Source of the DNA: Candidatus Bruticola sp.
GTDB taxonomy: Bacteria; Vulcanimicrobiota; Xenobia; Xenobiales; Xenobiaceae
DNA: 34,580 nt
Reading direction: 5' to 3'
Assembly (NCBI GenBank): GCA_051874735.1
Contig: JBJEGD010000031.1
Span: forward strand, 1-34,580
This document shows positions 26,610 through 34,580 of the stretch, piece by piece; position 1 is the first letter of the stretch, and each line of letters begins with the position of its first letter. The position numbers and the translations under genes are program-made. The notes under the pieces are model-generated. The model made no database searches. It saw only the letters and a program-made list of their open reading frames with translations, and was not told the DNA's origin.

Positions 26610-27029
26610 TTAGTTGATGTCTTCGTCTGAATATTCAGCTTCTTTTTCATCAGCGACTTGAGCTACATATTCAATAATACTTCTAAAGTCGTCAGCTCCA
26701 ATACTGTCGGGCACTTTAGCTGTGAAGATAAGAGATCCACCAGCAAGTTCCCAGCCGCCTACATTGTGGGAGCAACTTTCTTCGAGCAGCTCTTGGAAAT
26801 CGCTCTTGCTGAGATCGTCCAAATCGGCTGCTTTGGAATAAACATGCAGCATATTAGGGCCATTAGCGGAAATTTCGTGTTTTTCACAGCTGACTATAAC
26901 TAACTGAGAGCGCCCTTTATCTTCCTCGTTATCTTCATCACTTAAGTCCATCACAATGTTATAGTCATTGTCGTCGTCTATATCGTAAGTGAGATCCGCT
27001 TCTTCAAGTAATTTTTCGATGCGTTTCAT
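26610..27029 (-). CDS. Small very acidic protein, probable YbjN/CesT-like chaperone fold
   Basis: 'YDIDDDNDY', 'GRSQLVIV', 'LLEES...VGGW', 'VAQVADEKE'; AGGAG RBS. Confidence 0.6.
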   Translation of the reverse strand: MKRIEKLLEEADLTYDIDDDNDYNIVMDLSDEDNEEDKGRSQLVIVSCEKHEISANGPNMLHVYSKAADLDDLSKSDFQELLEESCSHNVGGWELAGGSLIFTAKVPDSIGADDFRSIIEYVAQVADEKEAEYSDEDIN

Positions 27030-27154
27030 ATTGCTATACTCCTGAATAAAATAATTTTCGAAGTACTTATTTTCTAAAAAGACTCAATAAAAAATGGCAT
27101 TTAAATTCCATTCATCTGAGAATTTAACAATATTTTTTAATTCTCTATTTTGAG

Positions 27155-27182
27155 ATTCACCCCTACTTTTGTGTTTTCCTGA
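27155..27182 (-). promoter_or_regulatory. Sigma-H-like promoter TCAGGA-N18-GAAT
   Basis: Recurrent motif upstream of the 27029 start. Confidence 0.45.
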
Positions 27183-27349
27183 ATAAGGACTTTTTTGGTT
27201 AAGCTGCTTTTAAAAGCTGCTTTATAGAATGAGCATAACTAGCAGCAAAATTACGAAAAAAAGCTCAGTTTTATAAAAATATTAATGAGTTCAATTATTG
27301 AAAAAAATATTTTTTTTCGCATTTAATCTAAAAAAATAAATTATATTTA

Positions 27350-27376
27350 ACAGGTTAGATTAATTTAATCAAGAAA
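27350..27376 (+). promoter_or_regulatory. Sigma-H-like promoter ACAGGT-N17-GAAA with a palindromic spacer
   Basis: Recurrent motif; gattaa-t-ttaatc inverted repeat at 27358-27370. Confidence 0.4.
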
Positions 27377-27558
27377 GTAACCGTTTGTGAAAATAAACTT
27401 CCGAGTGTACTTTTTTTGGTATTAGTAATAGGACACTTAATTTGCTCAGCTTTTGTTTATTTATAGTGCTGATGACTTAACTTTTTGGTGCGTCTGAGTT
27501 TGCTCTTACCTGTATATGTACGGCTCAAAAATAAGTTGTTTCGGAGCTTTCGTAACAT

Positions 27559-28503
27559 ATGAATTTTCGCTGTAAATTGTTTTTATCTTTTATAGTGCTT
27601 GCTTTGGGGTGCTTCTGGCTGCCTTTAATGGTTGAAGCCGATGAAATGGCTAATCAGAGCGGTCCTTTTTCCGTTGCTGTTTTAGATTTCGACAATTCCG
27701 GTTCAAATTACGGACGCGGTTCCAGTGATAGTCCCGGTACGGCTATCCCTGCAATCTTAACTACCGAGCTGGCTAATTCCGATCGCTTTACTGTTGTAGA
27801 GCGCGAACAGCTGAAAGCTGTTTTAAATGAGCAAAAATTAGGAGCTTCCGGAGCTGTTACCGCGGAAACTGCTGCTCGAATTGGACAAGTTTTAGGGGTA
27901 GAGTATCTTATTGTAGGTAAGGTCACTCAGTTCAACGTAGAGCGTGGAAAGAGCAAATCATTTTCTATGTTCGGTATAGGAAGCTCCAGCAAGTCCCCCG
28001 ATATCGCTCGTGTGTCTATAGAGTTAAAGGTTCTCGATAGTGAGTCCGCTCGCATCGTAGCCACAGCTAGCTGCCGCCGTGATATTGAGGTTGGCAAAGG
28101 AAGCAGCAGCACTAGGGTTTTAGGCATTAATTCCCGTTCAGATAATAGTGGCGCTTCTGATAGTGCTATGGCTGATGTTTACTACGCCATTGCCAAAGAT
28201 TTGGCCGATCAGCTTAATACCGTTCGCTTTAAGTCTTTGCCGGCTAAAGTGAAATATACCGGGTTTGTGGCTCATGTTGAAGGTGATACCGTCTATATTA
28301 ATCTTGGCTCTAAACATGGTATTACCCAGAAGATGGTGTTCTTAGTGCGCCGCGAAGAGCAGAAAGGTACCATTAAGTTCAAGAAAACCGTAGGTGAAAT
28401 TCAAGTCATTAATGTCGATGAAGGTGCCAGTGAGTGCAAAGTTATCAAAGTTGAAAGCCCTAATAAGGTGAAAAACGGCGACTTGATTGAGAGTAAATTC
28501 TAG
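27559..28503 (+). CDS. CsgG/HfaB-family exported protein with a FlgT-C-like beta domain
   Basis: Signal peptide; 'VAVLDFDN', 'RFTVVEREQL..VL.EQKL', 'IGQVLGVEYLIVGKVTQF'; C-terminal 'VYINLGSKHGI'. Confidence 0.8.
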   Translation: MNFRCKLFLSFIVLALGCFWLPLMVEADEMANQSGPFSVAVLDFDNSGSNYGRGSSDSPGTAIPAILTTELANSDRFTVVEREQLKAVLNEQKLGASGAVTAETAARIGQVLGVEYLIVGKVTQFNVERGKSKSFSMFGIGSSSKSPDIARVSIELKVLDSESARIVATASCRRDIEVGKGSSSTRVLGINSRSDNSGASDSAMADVYYAIAKDLADQLNTVRFKSLPAKVKYTGFVAHVEGDTVYINLGSKHGITQKMVFLVRREEQKGTIKFKKTVGEIQVINVDEGASECKVIKVESPNKVKNGDLIESKF

Positions 28504-28601
28504 ATTTTATTTTTAAGCTTTTGTGCTATCGGCGGAGAAGCTGGCCATTTCTTATAGAGGTTAGCTTGCTTCGCCTTTTTATTTCTCAGCGGAGGAAGAT
28601 C

Positions 28602-29267
28602 ATGAATATCACAAAATTCGTTTGTTCCTTGTTTGCCTTAACTCTAATGGTATCATCTGGATTAATTTTAACTGCTGAATCTGTCCAAGCCGAGCGCCCT
28701 CCAGAGGTTAAATATGAGGTATCCGATATGGAAGGCAGAGCTGATATTATGTATTTCGATCGCATGCGGGTAAATCGGATAGTCAACGACTATGTATACA
28801 AAATGAAAGCTGTGGAAAAGTACGATAACGATCTGCGTTATATACTCATTGAAAGTAATAAGCTTACTCTTGAGGAATTAGGCAAATTTTTAGACAAGAA
28901 TGCTATGCCTATAAGTCAAACTTTGGTTTTTAAAGCTGGTGAAATTACTTCTGAAAGTAGCGCGCTGCGTCAATTGCACGCTTTATATATTCAGTACGTT
29001 ACTGAACGTCATAAGGCTCTGTCGGCTTTAGCTGTCTATGCTAAAGAAAAAGCTCCCAAGACTACTGTCGCTGCTAGTATTACTAGTCATGGAAGCAACG
29101 TTACATATGTAGAGACTACCGATAAGCATACACCTAAACATACTTACGATAATGTTGCTGCGTATCGTCAGAGAATCGCTGATTGTGATTCCTTGCGCAA
29201 CGTTTACTACAATCGCAAAGATTATATTCTGCGCAACAGTTTAGAAATAATTGGCGAAGAAAAGTAA
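28602..29267 (+). CDS. Exported hypothetical protein; start reassigned to ATG 28602
   Basis: GGAGG at 28591; signal peptide ending 'VQA'. Confidence 0.65.
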   Translation: MNITKFVCSLFALTLMVSSGLILTAESVQAERPPEVKYEVSDMEGRADIMYFDRMRVNRIVNDYVYKMKAVEKYDNDLRYILIESNKLTLEELGKFLDKNAMPISQTLVFKAGEITSESSALRQLHALYIQYVTERHKALSALAVYAKEKAPKTTVAASITSHGSNVTYVETTDKHTPKHTYDNVAAYRQRIADCDSLRNVYYNRKDYILRNSLEIIGEEK

Positions 29268-29298
29268 AACAAAGAGTCTTTTCTAAGCTTTTATATAT

Positions 29299-29325
29299 AA
29301 AGGAAAGTAAAACTGAGCTTAGAAA
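29299..29325 (+). promoter_or_regulatory. Sigma-H-like promoter AAAGGA-N17-GAAA
   Basis: Recurrent motif, about 90 nt upstream of the 29415 start. Confidence 0.4.
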
Positions 29326-29414
29326 GCAGGCCCTGTTGTAGCGGACTAATTCTAAGCTCTAGTGTTTATATGATCGGCAGGATTGGTAATTAAAAGCTGA
29401 CAAGGGATTGTGGT

Positions 29415-29906
29415 ATGCGCAGAATAAACAAATTTTTGGCAATTATACTTGCAGCAGTCGTCTTTTGTATAGGCGCAGCTGCAGCACAAAGCAATTGGGA
29501 TGTGCGTCCAGGCCAAGGTGTTGGTCCTCTGAATATCGGTATGAACATAAAGCAATGTGAGCAGATTGTACAGCGCAATCCTAATGCCGATCATGCTTTT
29601 GTTGGAAAAAAGCGACCCTTCTGGATTTATTATCTCAACGGCGTACAAATAAATTACGATAACAGTGCTTCAGTTTATCAAATTTATATTGATAAGCCAG
29701 GTATTGTGACTTCTAAGGGCATCCAAGTGGGCGATCCTCAAGCCAAGTTCATAGCCGCTTACGGTAAAAATTACTTAGCTCATGAATTGCCTACAGCTAA
29801 AAGTCAACCTAAGCAGTCTTTTTATGCTTATAAAACTTTAGGTTTAGGGTTTCAGGTAGAAAACGAGGTAGTGAAATTTATTGCCGTATTTCCTCCTCAT
29901 CAATAG
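29415..29906 (+). CDS. Exported hypothetical protein with an internal two-fold repeat
   Basis: Signal peptide ending 'AAAA-Q'; 'PGQGVGPLNIGM' and 'TSKGIQVGD...AYG' halves. Confidence 0.7.
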   Translation: MRRINKFLAIILAAVVFCIGAAAAQSNWDVRPGQGVGPLNIGMNIKQCEQIVQRNPNADHAFVGKKRPFWIYYLNGVQINYDNSASVYQIYIDKPGIVTSKGIQVGDPQAKFIAAYGKNYLAHELPTAKSQPKQSFYAYKTLGLGFQVENEVVKFIAVFPPHQ

Positions 29907-29922
29907 GTATTGCAATATTAAT

Positions 29923-29961
29923 ATAAAAAAACCGAGGCTTCGTCTGCCCCGGTTTTTTTAT
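29923..29961. terminator. Bidirectional intrinsic terminator
   Basis: ataaaaaaaccgaggc / gccccggtttttttat with one mismatch, between convergent genes. Confidence 0.8.
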
Positions 29962-30014
29962 GAGCTATTAGCTGTGCGTTATATAGCACTAAAGATGTAA
30001 GTTTAGCTCGTTCA

Positions 30015-31541
30015 TCAGGCCAAAATTTTAGCTACAGCTGCTTTCAAAGAGGTTTGACTGTAGTTAAAAGCGGTCACAGCCGTATCTATCCAGTCCATAT
30101 CTTCGAGGAAATAGGGACTAGAGAGGGGGAGAACAATAGTTTTAGGGCAGACCTTGGGAATTTCTCTAGCCAGTTCTTTTTGGGAATCAGAGAGTTGGCC
30201 TCGGGCATAAAGAGCTAAAATTACGCAATCAAATCCTTCCAAATCGCGAACTAGCTGATTTAAAGGCGGGCCGAAAGATGCCATATTAAATTTGAACTCC
30301 TCAGCTTTTAAGCTGTGCTCCGTCAGCAAGGGAGCTAAAGATATCGATCGAGAAACTTCACCTAAAGGACTTTGCGGTAGTAAATCGGGAGATACTACTG
30401 CTATTTTAGTTTCTGAGCTTAATTTAAGAGGCAGAATCATACGGCGATCGCGCAAAACAGTAGCCGTTTTGGCAACTATGGCGGTCATTTTCTCTTTATG
30501 TTCAGCGGTATGGCTTAGTTCTGCCGCCGGTAGCTGTTGATGATTAGCTCTAAGTTTTTGCAAACGGGTTAATGATTCGTTTAAACGTTCTTCACTTATA
30601 CGCCCTTGCCTAACAGCCTCTGTTAAAGCCTGCCATGATTCAATCTGCTGTTCAAAGGTGCCTAAAGCTAAAATTAAATCGGCGCCGGCCTCAATAGACA
30701 TCACTGCTGCTTCGCCAAAGCCCCAAGTGTTGGCAATAGATTTCATAGCTAGTGAATCAGTCACGATAACTCCCTGGTACCCTAGCTCGTGGCGAAGTAG
30801 ATCTGTTAAAATAGTTTTAGATAAGGTGGCAGGCAGCTGTTTATCTAAAGCGGGAAAAACTATATGGGCTGTCATAATGGCTTCCACTTGTTCGCGTATG
30901 GCAGCTTTAAAGGGGAGCAATTCCGTCTCTTCTAGCTGCTGGCGGGTACCTTTAATAGAGGGTAGGGCCAAATGGGAATCCATGTCTGTGTTGCCGTGGC
31001 CGGGGAAGTGTTTCGCGGTAGGAATAACGCCTCCATCCCTCAGTCCACGTATAGCGGCGCATCCAAAAACGGCAGCTTCCTGCGGATCAGCTGAAAATGA
31101 GCGCACACCAATTATTGGATTGCGGCTATTATTATTGACATCGAGACAGGGAGCAAAATCTATATGTATACCCAAATCGCGCAGTTCTTCACCCATAATG
31201 CGATGGGCTTCATAAACATCATCTTCACTTTTTGTTGTGCCTAAAGCCATTGCTCCTGGAGACAAGCTCATTTCTGAATAGCGGAAGCGATCAACTAAAC
31301 CGCCTTCTTGATCTACAGCTATAAAGGGGGTTATTTTAGCATTTTTATGAATGTCCTCAATAAGTTTATTAACTTGCAGACGGTTTTGAATATTTTTGGC
31401 AAAGAGAATGACGCCGTTCCAAGCACGACTCTGCAGATGATGAATACTTTTGTCACATAATTCCTGATCGGGAAGATCGATCATAATAAGCTGAGCTGTT
31501 TTGTCTTCGATGCTCAAATTAGCAAAATTAGCTCCAAACAT
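30015..31541 (-). CDS. nagZ: GH3 beta-N-acetylhexosaminidase, two-domain, no signal peptide
   Basis: 'AVDQEGG', 'KHFPGHGNTDMDSH', 'IMTAHI', 'VTDSLAM'. Confidence 0.9.
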   Translation of the reverse strand: MFGANFANLSIEDKTAQLIMIDLPDQELCDKSIHHLQSRAWNGVILFAKNIQNRLQVNKLIEDIHKNAKITPFIAVDQEGGLVDRFRYSEMSLSPGAMALGTTKSEDDVYEAHRIMGEELRDLGIHIDFAPCLDVNNNSRNPIIGVRSFSADPQEAAVFGCAAIRGLRDGGVIPTAKHFPGHGNTDMDSHLALPSIKGTRQQLEETELLPFKAAIREQVEAIMTAHIVFPALDKQLPATLSKTILTDLLRHELGYQGVIVTDSLAMKSIANTWGFGEAAVMSIEAGADLILALGTFEQQIESWQALTEAVRQGRISEERLNESLTRLQKLRANHQQLPAAELSHTAEHKEKMTAIVAKTATVLRDRRMILPLKLSSETKIAVVSPDLLPQSPLGEVSRSISLAPLLTEHSLKAEEFKFNMASFGPPLNQLVRDLEGFDCVILALYARGQLSDSQKELAREIPKVCPKTIVLPLSSPYFLEDMDWIDTAVTAFNYSQTSLKAAVAKILA

Positions 31542-31564
31542 AGTATAACAACCTCTTAAAACGT

Positions 31565-34420
31565 TTAATTGTGTTTTATCAACTGCAGAATGGTGCGACT
31601 GGAAATTTTAATTTTATCACTTGTAGTGATTTGACGCTCTCCTCCTGAGGGAACTGATACACCATTTATAAAGGTAGGGTTCGTATCAGAACGATGCTGC
31701 AGGAAGAACTTGCCTCCGCGGAATGCTAGGGTACAGTGATTGCGGCTTATTTCCTGATCGGTAAGAGTTATATCTGAATTGCGGTCACGTCCAATAGTAG
31801 AGCGCTGCTTAGCTAGGGGGAAAGATTTGCCTAAATCAGTTTCAGTGCCCTCAACTACATCCAGAGAATAAGCTTCCAGCGCTTCACTGGTGCTGCGCTC
31901 ACGAAATACCAAAGTAGTTGAACCCAAAGTAATCTCGTCGCCAGTAAGCAGATTTACTTGTTCTCCGCAGGTGACGAGGCGTTTATTGAGCTTTATATCT
32001 TCCTCTTGGAAATTAATCAGTGTAAAGCGTCCGCCGCTGTAGCGCAAAAGAGCCTGATCGTTAGCAATTGACGGTTCATCGACTTCAATATCGTTTACTC
32101 TTTCGCCAGGAGAACCTATAGTTAATGTACGCTCATTGCCCATTTCAGAGACTAACAGCGAAATACGCTGACCTCGGCGGCTGCCACTTTCGTAGTCTAT
32201 AGCATAATCACACTCATAACTCCAAGGGCGAGTCATGCTTCCGAAACGGTTATTTTGAGGATCATAAACGGGAACATCGCTGCGCACATACGAAGCCGAT
32301 TCAGAAGTCGCCTGCTGGGGAACTGTATGGGCCGATAAATTATCACCTATATCATTGATAGGCGCTTCTTCCGGCTGGCTTTCTTCCTGTTCAGTTTGGT
32401 AATCTTCCGCTGCTTCTTCTTCTTCTTCTTCTTCTACTACTTCGTAATCTTCGTTGTGATATTCTTCCGGCTGTATTTCTCTCTGTTCAGTTTGGTAATC
32501 TTCCGCTGCCTCTTCTTCTATTACTTCGTAATCTTCGTTGTGATATTCTTCCGGCTGTATTTCTCCCTGTTCAGTTTGGTAATCTTCCGCTGCCTCTTCT
32601 TCTATTACTTCGTAATCTTCGTTGTGATATTCTTCCGGCTGTATTTCTCCCTGTTCAGTTTGGTAATCTTCCGCTGCCTCTTCTTCTATTACTTCGTAAT
32701 CTTCGTTGTGATATTCTTCCGGCTGTATTTCTCCCTGTTTCTGACTGTCTTTTTCCTGTTTCGGGAGGGAAGAGATATTCTTGTTAGCGTACTCGCCGCT
32801 TCCATTATTAATAAGCTGCCCCTCTATATATTTTGTAGGTTCAGCATTGTCTTTATCAGGATAGCTCTGGATGGCACTTTCAGACTTAGAATTCACTGCA
32901 GAAAAAGAGAGCGCCGCCCAATCTTCTTCCTTAGATGTATCATCTGTCTTCTTAGATAAGTAATCTTCTATGTGTGCGTCATCCGTTAGTAAGGAATCTG
33001 TGCCAGCGTGGCGGCTACCTTGTTCATCATTATCTGCATAACCAAGGCTCTGAGGATTGCCATCTTCTTGCACATACGGCTCAGTTTCTTCATTACATTC
33101 TTCATGTAATTCTTCTTCGCCAGATGTAGAGGCTACTTCACTGTCATCTTCGGGCATAACAAATTCACCGTGCGGACCAAAAGTGTATCCTACTGCCTCC
33201 CAGTCCTGGCGCGTGTATCCCTCTCTATCGTAGCCGTCGCGGTCGAATCCTCCGTAATCGTATCCTTCCCAGTCGTAGCCTTCTCGATCGTAGTTGTCTC
33301 TATCGAAGCTGTCTCTATCGAAGCCGTCTCTATCGAAGCCGTCTCTATCGAAGCCGTCTCTATCGAAGCCGTCCCTGTCGAAGCCGTCTCTATCGAAACC
33401 GTCCCTGTCGAAGCCGTCGCTATCGAAGCCGTCCCTATCAAAGCCGTCGCTATCGGTTCTGCTGTCTAAATTTTGATTGTACTCCTCTGAGACACTAGGA
33501 ATGGAGTTGCTACTTTCTCGGTCATGACCTTCTCTATCTAACCCCTCTCGGTCAAAACCTTCCCAGTCGTATCCTTCCCAATCGTAGCCTTCTCGATCGT
33601 AGTTATCCCTGTCAAACCCGTCTCTGTCGTAACCTTCTCTATCGAATCCTTCTCGGTCAAAACCTTCCCAGTCGTATCCTTCCCAATCGTAGCCTTCTCG
33701 ATCGTAGTTATCCCTGTCGAATCCGTCCCTGTCGAATCCGTCCCTGTCGAATCCGTCCCTGTCGAATCCGTCCCTGTCGAATCCGTCTCTATCGAAGCCG
33801 TCGCTGTCGTAATCTTCCCTGTCGAATCCGTCTCTGTCGAATTCTTCTCCGTCAAATCCCTCGCTGCTGGATGTGTCTTCGCGATTCAGGTCTTTCTCAG
33901 GTACAACTGCCACAAGTTCAGCAGAACTGTCGTTAGAGTCGTCATAGGAGAAAGGGTCTACATAAGATCGCTGATTTTGTTGATTCTTATTGGAAGAAAT
34001 TGAATCCCAGAGCGAAGGATCAAAAGTTGGGGAGTTGCGAGAACTGGCGGCAATCGACTTATGCTTACTAAAGGAACCAAAAGAGTAGGGAACAGCCCTC
34101 TTAGCGCGTTCTTCATCTTCTTTAAGTTCGTGTTCAGCGCTTAAGTCAGAGTTGGGAAGTAAATTTTCATATTTGGGATAGGCAGCTTCCTCTTGGTCTG
34201 AATTAGAAAATGACCCATTAACCAGGGGTAAGTTTTCATCAGAAAAATCAGAATTTGAATCAGAGATATAAGCCACTAATTCATCGTAGGACATAGTGTC
34301 TATATCGCTTAGAGTTGTACCTCTAGAATTGCGTCGAGAAGACGCCTTCTTGGGAGGTTCACTTTCTAGCATCATACGCAGGTTGGCCGCTTGATGCTGA
34401 GGGTTATTCTGATTTTCCAC
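31565..34420 (-). CDS. Highly acidic repeat protein with two C-terminal FHA domains
   Basis: Second FHA is canonical ('TIGRD...ISRNHC...TNPTFING'); first FHA is degenerate ('TIGSPG...SIANDQA...GDEITLG'); D/E-rich low-complexity N-terminal 700 aa; GTG start. Confidence 0.85.
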   Translation of the reverse strand: MENQNNPQHQAANLRMMLESEPPKKASSRRNSRGTTLSDIDTMSYDELVAYISDSNSDFSDENLPLVNGSFSNSDQEEAAYPKYENLLPNSDLSAEHELKEDEERAKRAVPYSFGSFSKHKSIAASSRNSPTFDPSLWDSISSNKNQQNQRSYVDPFSYDDSNDSSAELVAVVPEKDLNREDTSSSEGFDGEEFDRDGFDREDYDSDGFDRDGFDRDGFDRDGFDRDGFDRDGFDRDNYDREGYDWEGYDWEGFDREGFDREGYDRDGFDRDNYDREGYDWEGYDWEGFDREGLDREGHDRESSNSIPSVSEEYNQNLDSRTDSDGFDRDGFDSDGFDRDGFDRDGFDRDGFDRDGFDRDGFDRDGFDRDSFDRDNYDREGYDWEGYDYGGFDRDGYDREGYTRQDWEAVGYTFGPHGEFVMPEDDSEVASTSGEEELHEECNEETEPYVQEDGNPQSLGYADNDEQGSRHAGTDSLLTDDAHIEDYLSKKTDDTSKEEDWAALSFSAVNSKSESAIQSYPDKDNAEPTKYIEGQLINNGSGEYANKNISSLPKQEKDSQKQGEIQPEEYHNEDYEVIEEEAAEDYQTEQGEIQPEEYHNEDYEVIEEEAAEDYQTEQGEIQPEEYHNEDYEVIEEEAAEDYQTEQREIQPEEYHNEDYEVVEEEEEEEAAEDYQTEQEESQPEEAPINDIGDNLSAHTVPQQATSESASYVRSDVPVYDPQNNRFGSMTRPWSYECDYAIDYESGSRRGQRISLLVSEMGNERTLTIGSPGERVNDIEVDEPSIANDQALLRYSGGRFTLINFQEEDIKLNKRLVTCGEQVNLLTGDEITLGSTTLVFRERSTSEALEAYSLDVVEGTETDLGKSFPLAKQRSTIGRDRNSDITLTDQEISRNHCTLAFRGGKFFLQHRSDTNPTFINGVSVPSGGERQITTSDKIKISSRTILQLIKHN
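32387..32737 (-). repeat. Four 84-bp coding tandem repeats, QGEIQPEEYHNEDYEVIEEEAAEDYQTE
   Basis: Unit boundaries at 32387, 32483, 32567, 32651 and 32735; one copy carries 4 extra Glu codons. Confidence 0.95.
33209..33448 (-). repeat. Sixteen 15-bp coding repeats, (D/E)G(F/Y)DR
   Basis: tctatcgaagccgtc-like units on the + strand. Confidence 0.95.
33518..33862 (-). repeat. Twenty-three 15-bp coding repeats, (D/E)G(F/Y)D(R/W)
   Basis: cctgtcgaatccgtc-like units on the + strand. Confidence 0.95.
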
Positions 34421-34509
34421 CGTTGCGCTACCTATATAAAACTAAACACACTCAAGCCGATCAGTCAGCTGTTTATGAAAATATGACTTACCTGATCGGC
34501 GTTGATGAA

Positions 34510-34578
34510 CTACTGATAATGACTTTCAGACTCAGGTTGAGCTCCAGTTGACCTAGGTGCTCCAGTTGGTCTGGGTGC
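34510..34578 (-). CDS. Possible 3' end of an upstream gene (partial)
   Basis: Reads APRPTG APRSTG AQPESESHYQ* with an 18-bp repeat; too short to confirm. Confidence 0.3.
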   Translation of the reverse strand, partial: APRPTGAPRSTGAQPESESHYQ

Positions 34579-34580
34579 TC

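Noticed and set aside
32396-33855. ORFs 32396-32959, 33170-33469, 33190-33441, 33294-33476 and 33538-33855
   Set aside because: Antisense or off-frame shadows of the coding repeats of the FHA protein.
32387-33862. CRISPR array
   Set aside because: Repeats are head-to-tail, multiples of 3, in frame within a CDS, with no unique spacers and no cas genes.

Overview
Bacterial chromosomal window with about 24 genes and no rRNA, tRNA, CRISPR array or mobile element. The mix of traits (split GcvPA/PB, stalk-domain protein, sigma-H-like promoters, CsgG-family protein) suggests a possibly diderm Terrabacteria-type lineage; this is inference. In order: a partial HExxH protein; a ygfM/xdhD-like molybdo-flavoenzyme pair; a three-gene O-carbamoylation locus; an Ig-like lipoprotein; an AT-rich DUF58 + transglutaminase pair with no adjacent MoxR; an orphan sugar ABC binding protein; a stalk/DUF4352-like surface protein behind a c-di-AMP-riboswitch-like leader; a 758-aa protein ending in tandem Roadblock/LC7-like domains; a SPOR protein; ribF; gcvT-H-PA-PB plus a LipM/LplA-family gene; small hypothetical and secreted proteins including a CsgG-family protein; nagZ; and a very acidic repeat protein with two FHA domains. 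The best candidate for a new system is 4435-8080. It encodes an SxtJ-like membrane protein, a NodU/CmcH carbamoyltransferase fused through one TM helix to an intact SGNH (AlgJ/DltD-like) domain, and a 56-aa membrane peptide missing from the ORF track that ends in FIYTLF, matching the DltX/AlgI tyrosine acyl-shuttle motif. This suggests an MBOAT-free trans-membrane carbamoyl relay that modifies a cell-envelope polymer. All family calls come from motif recognition by eye; no searches were run.
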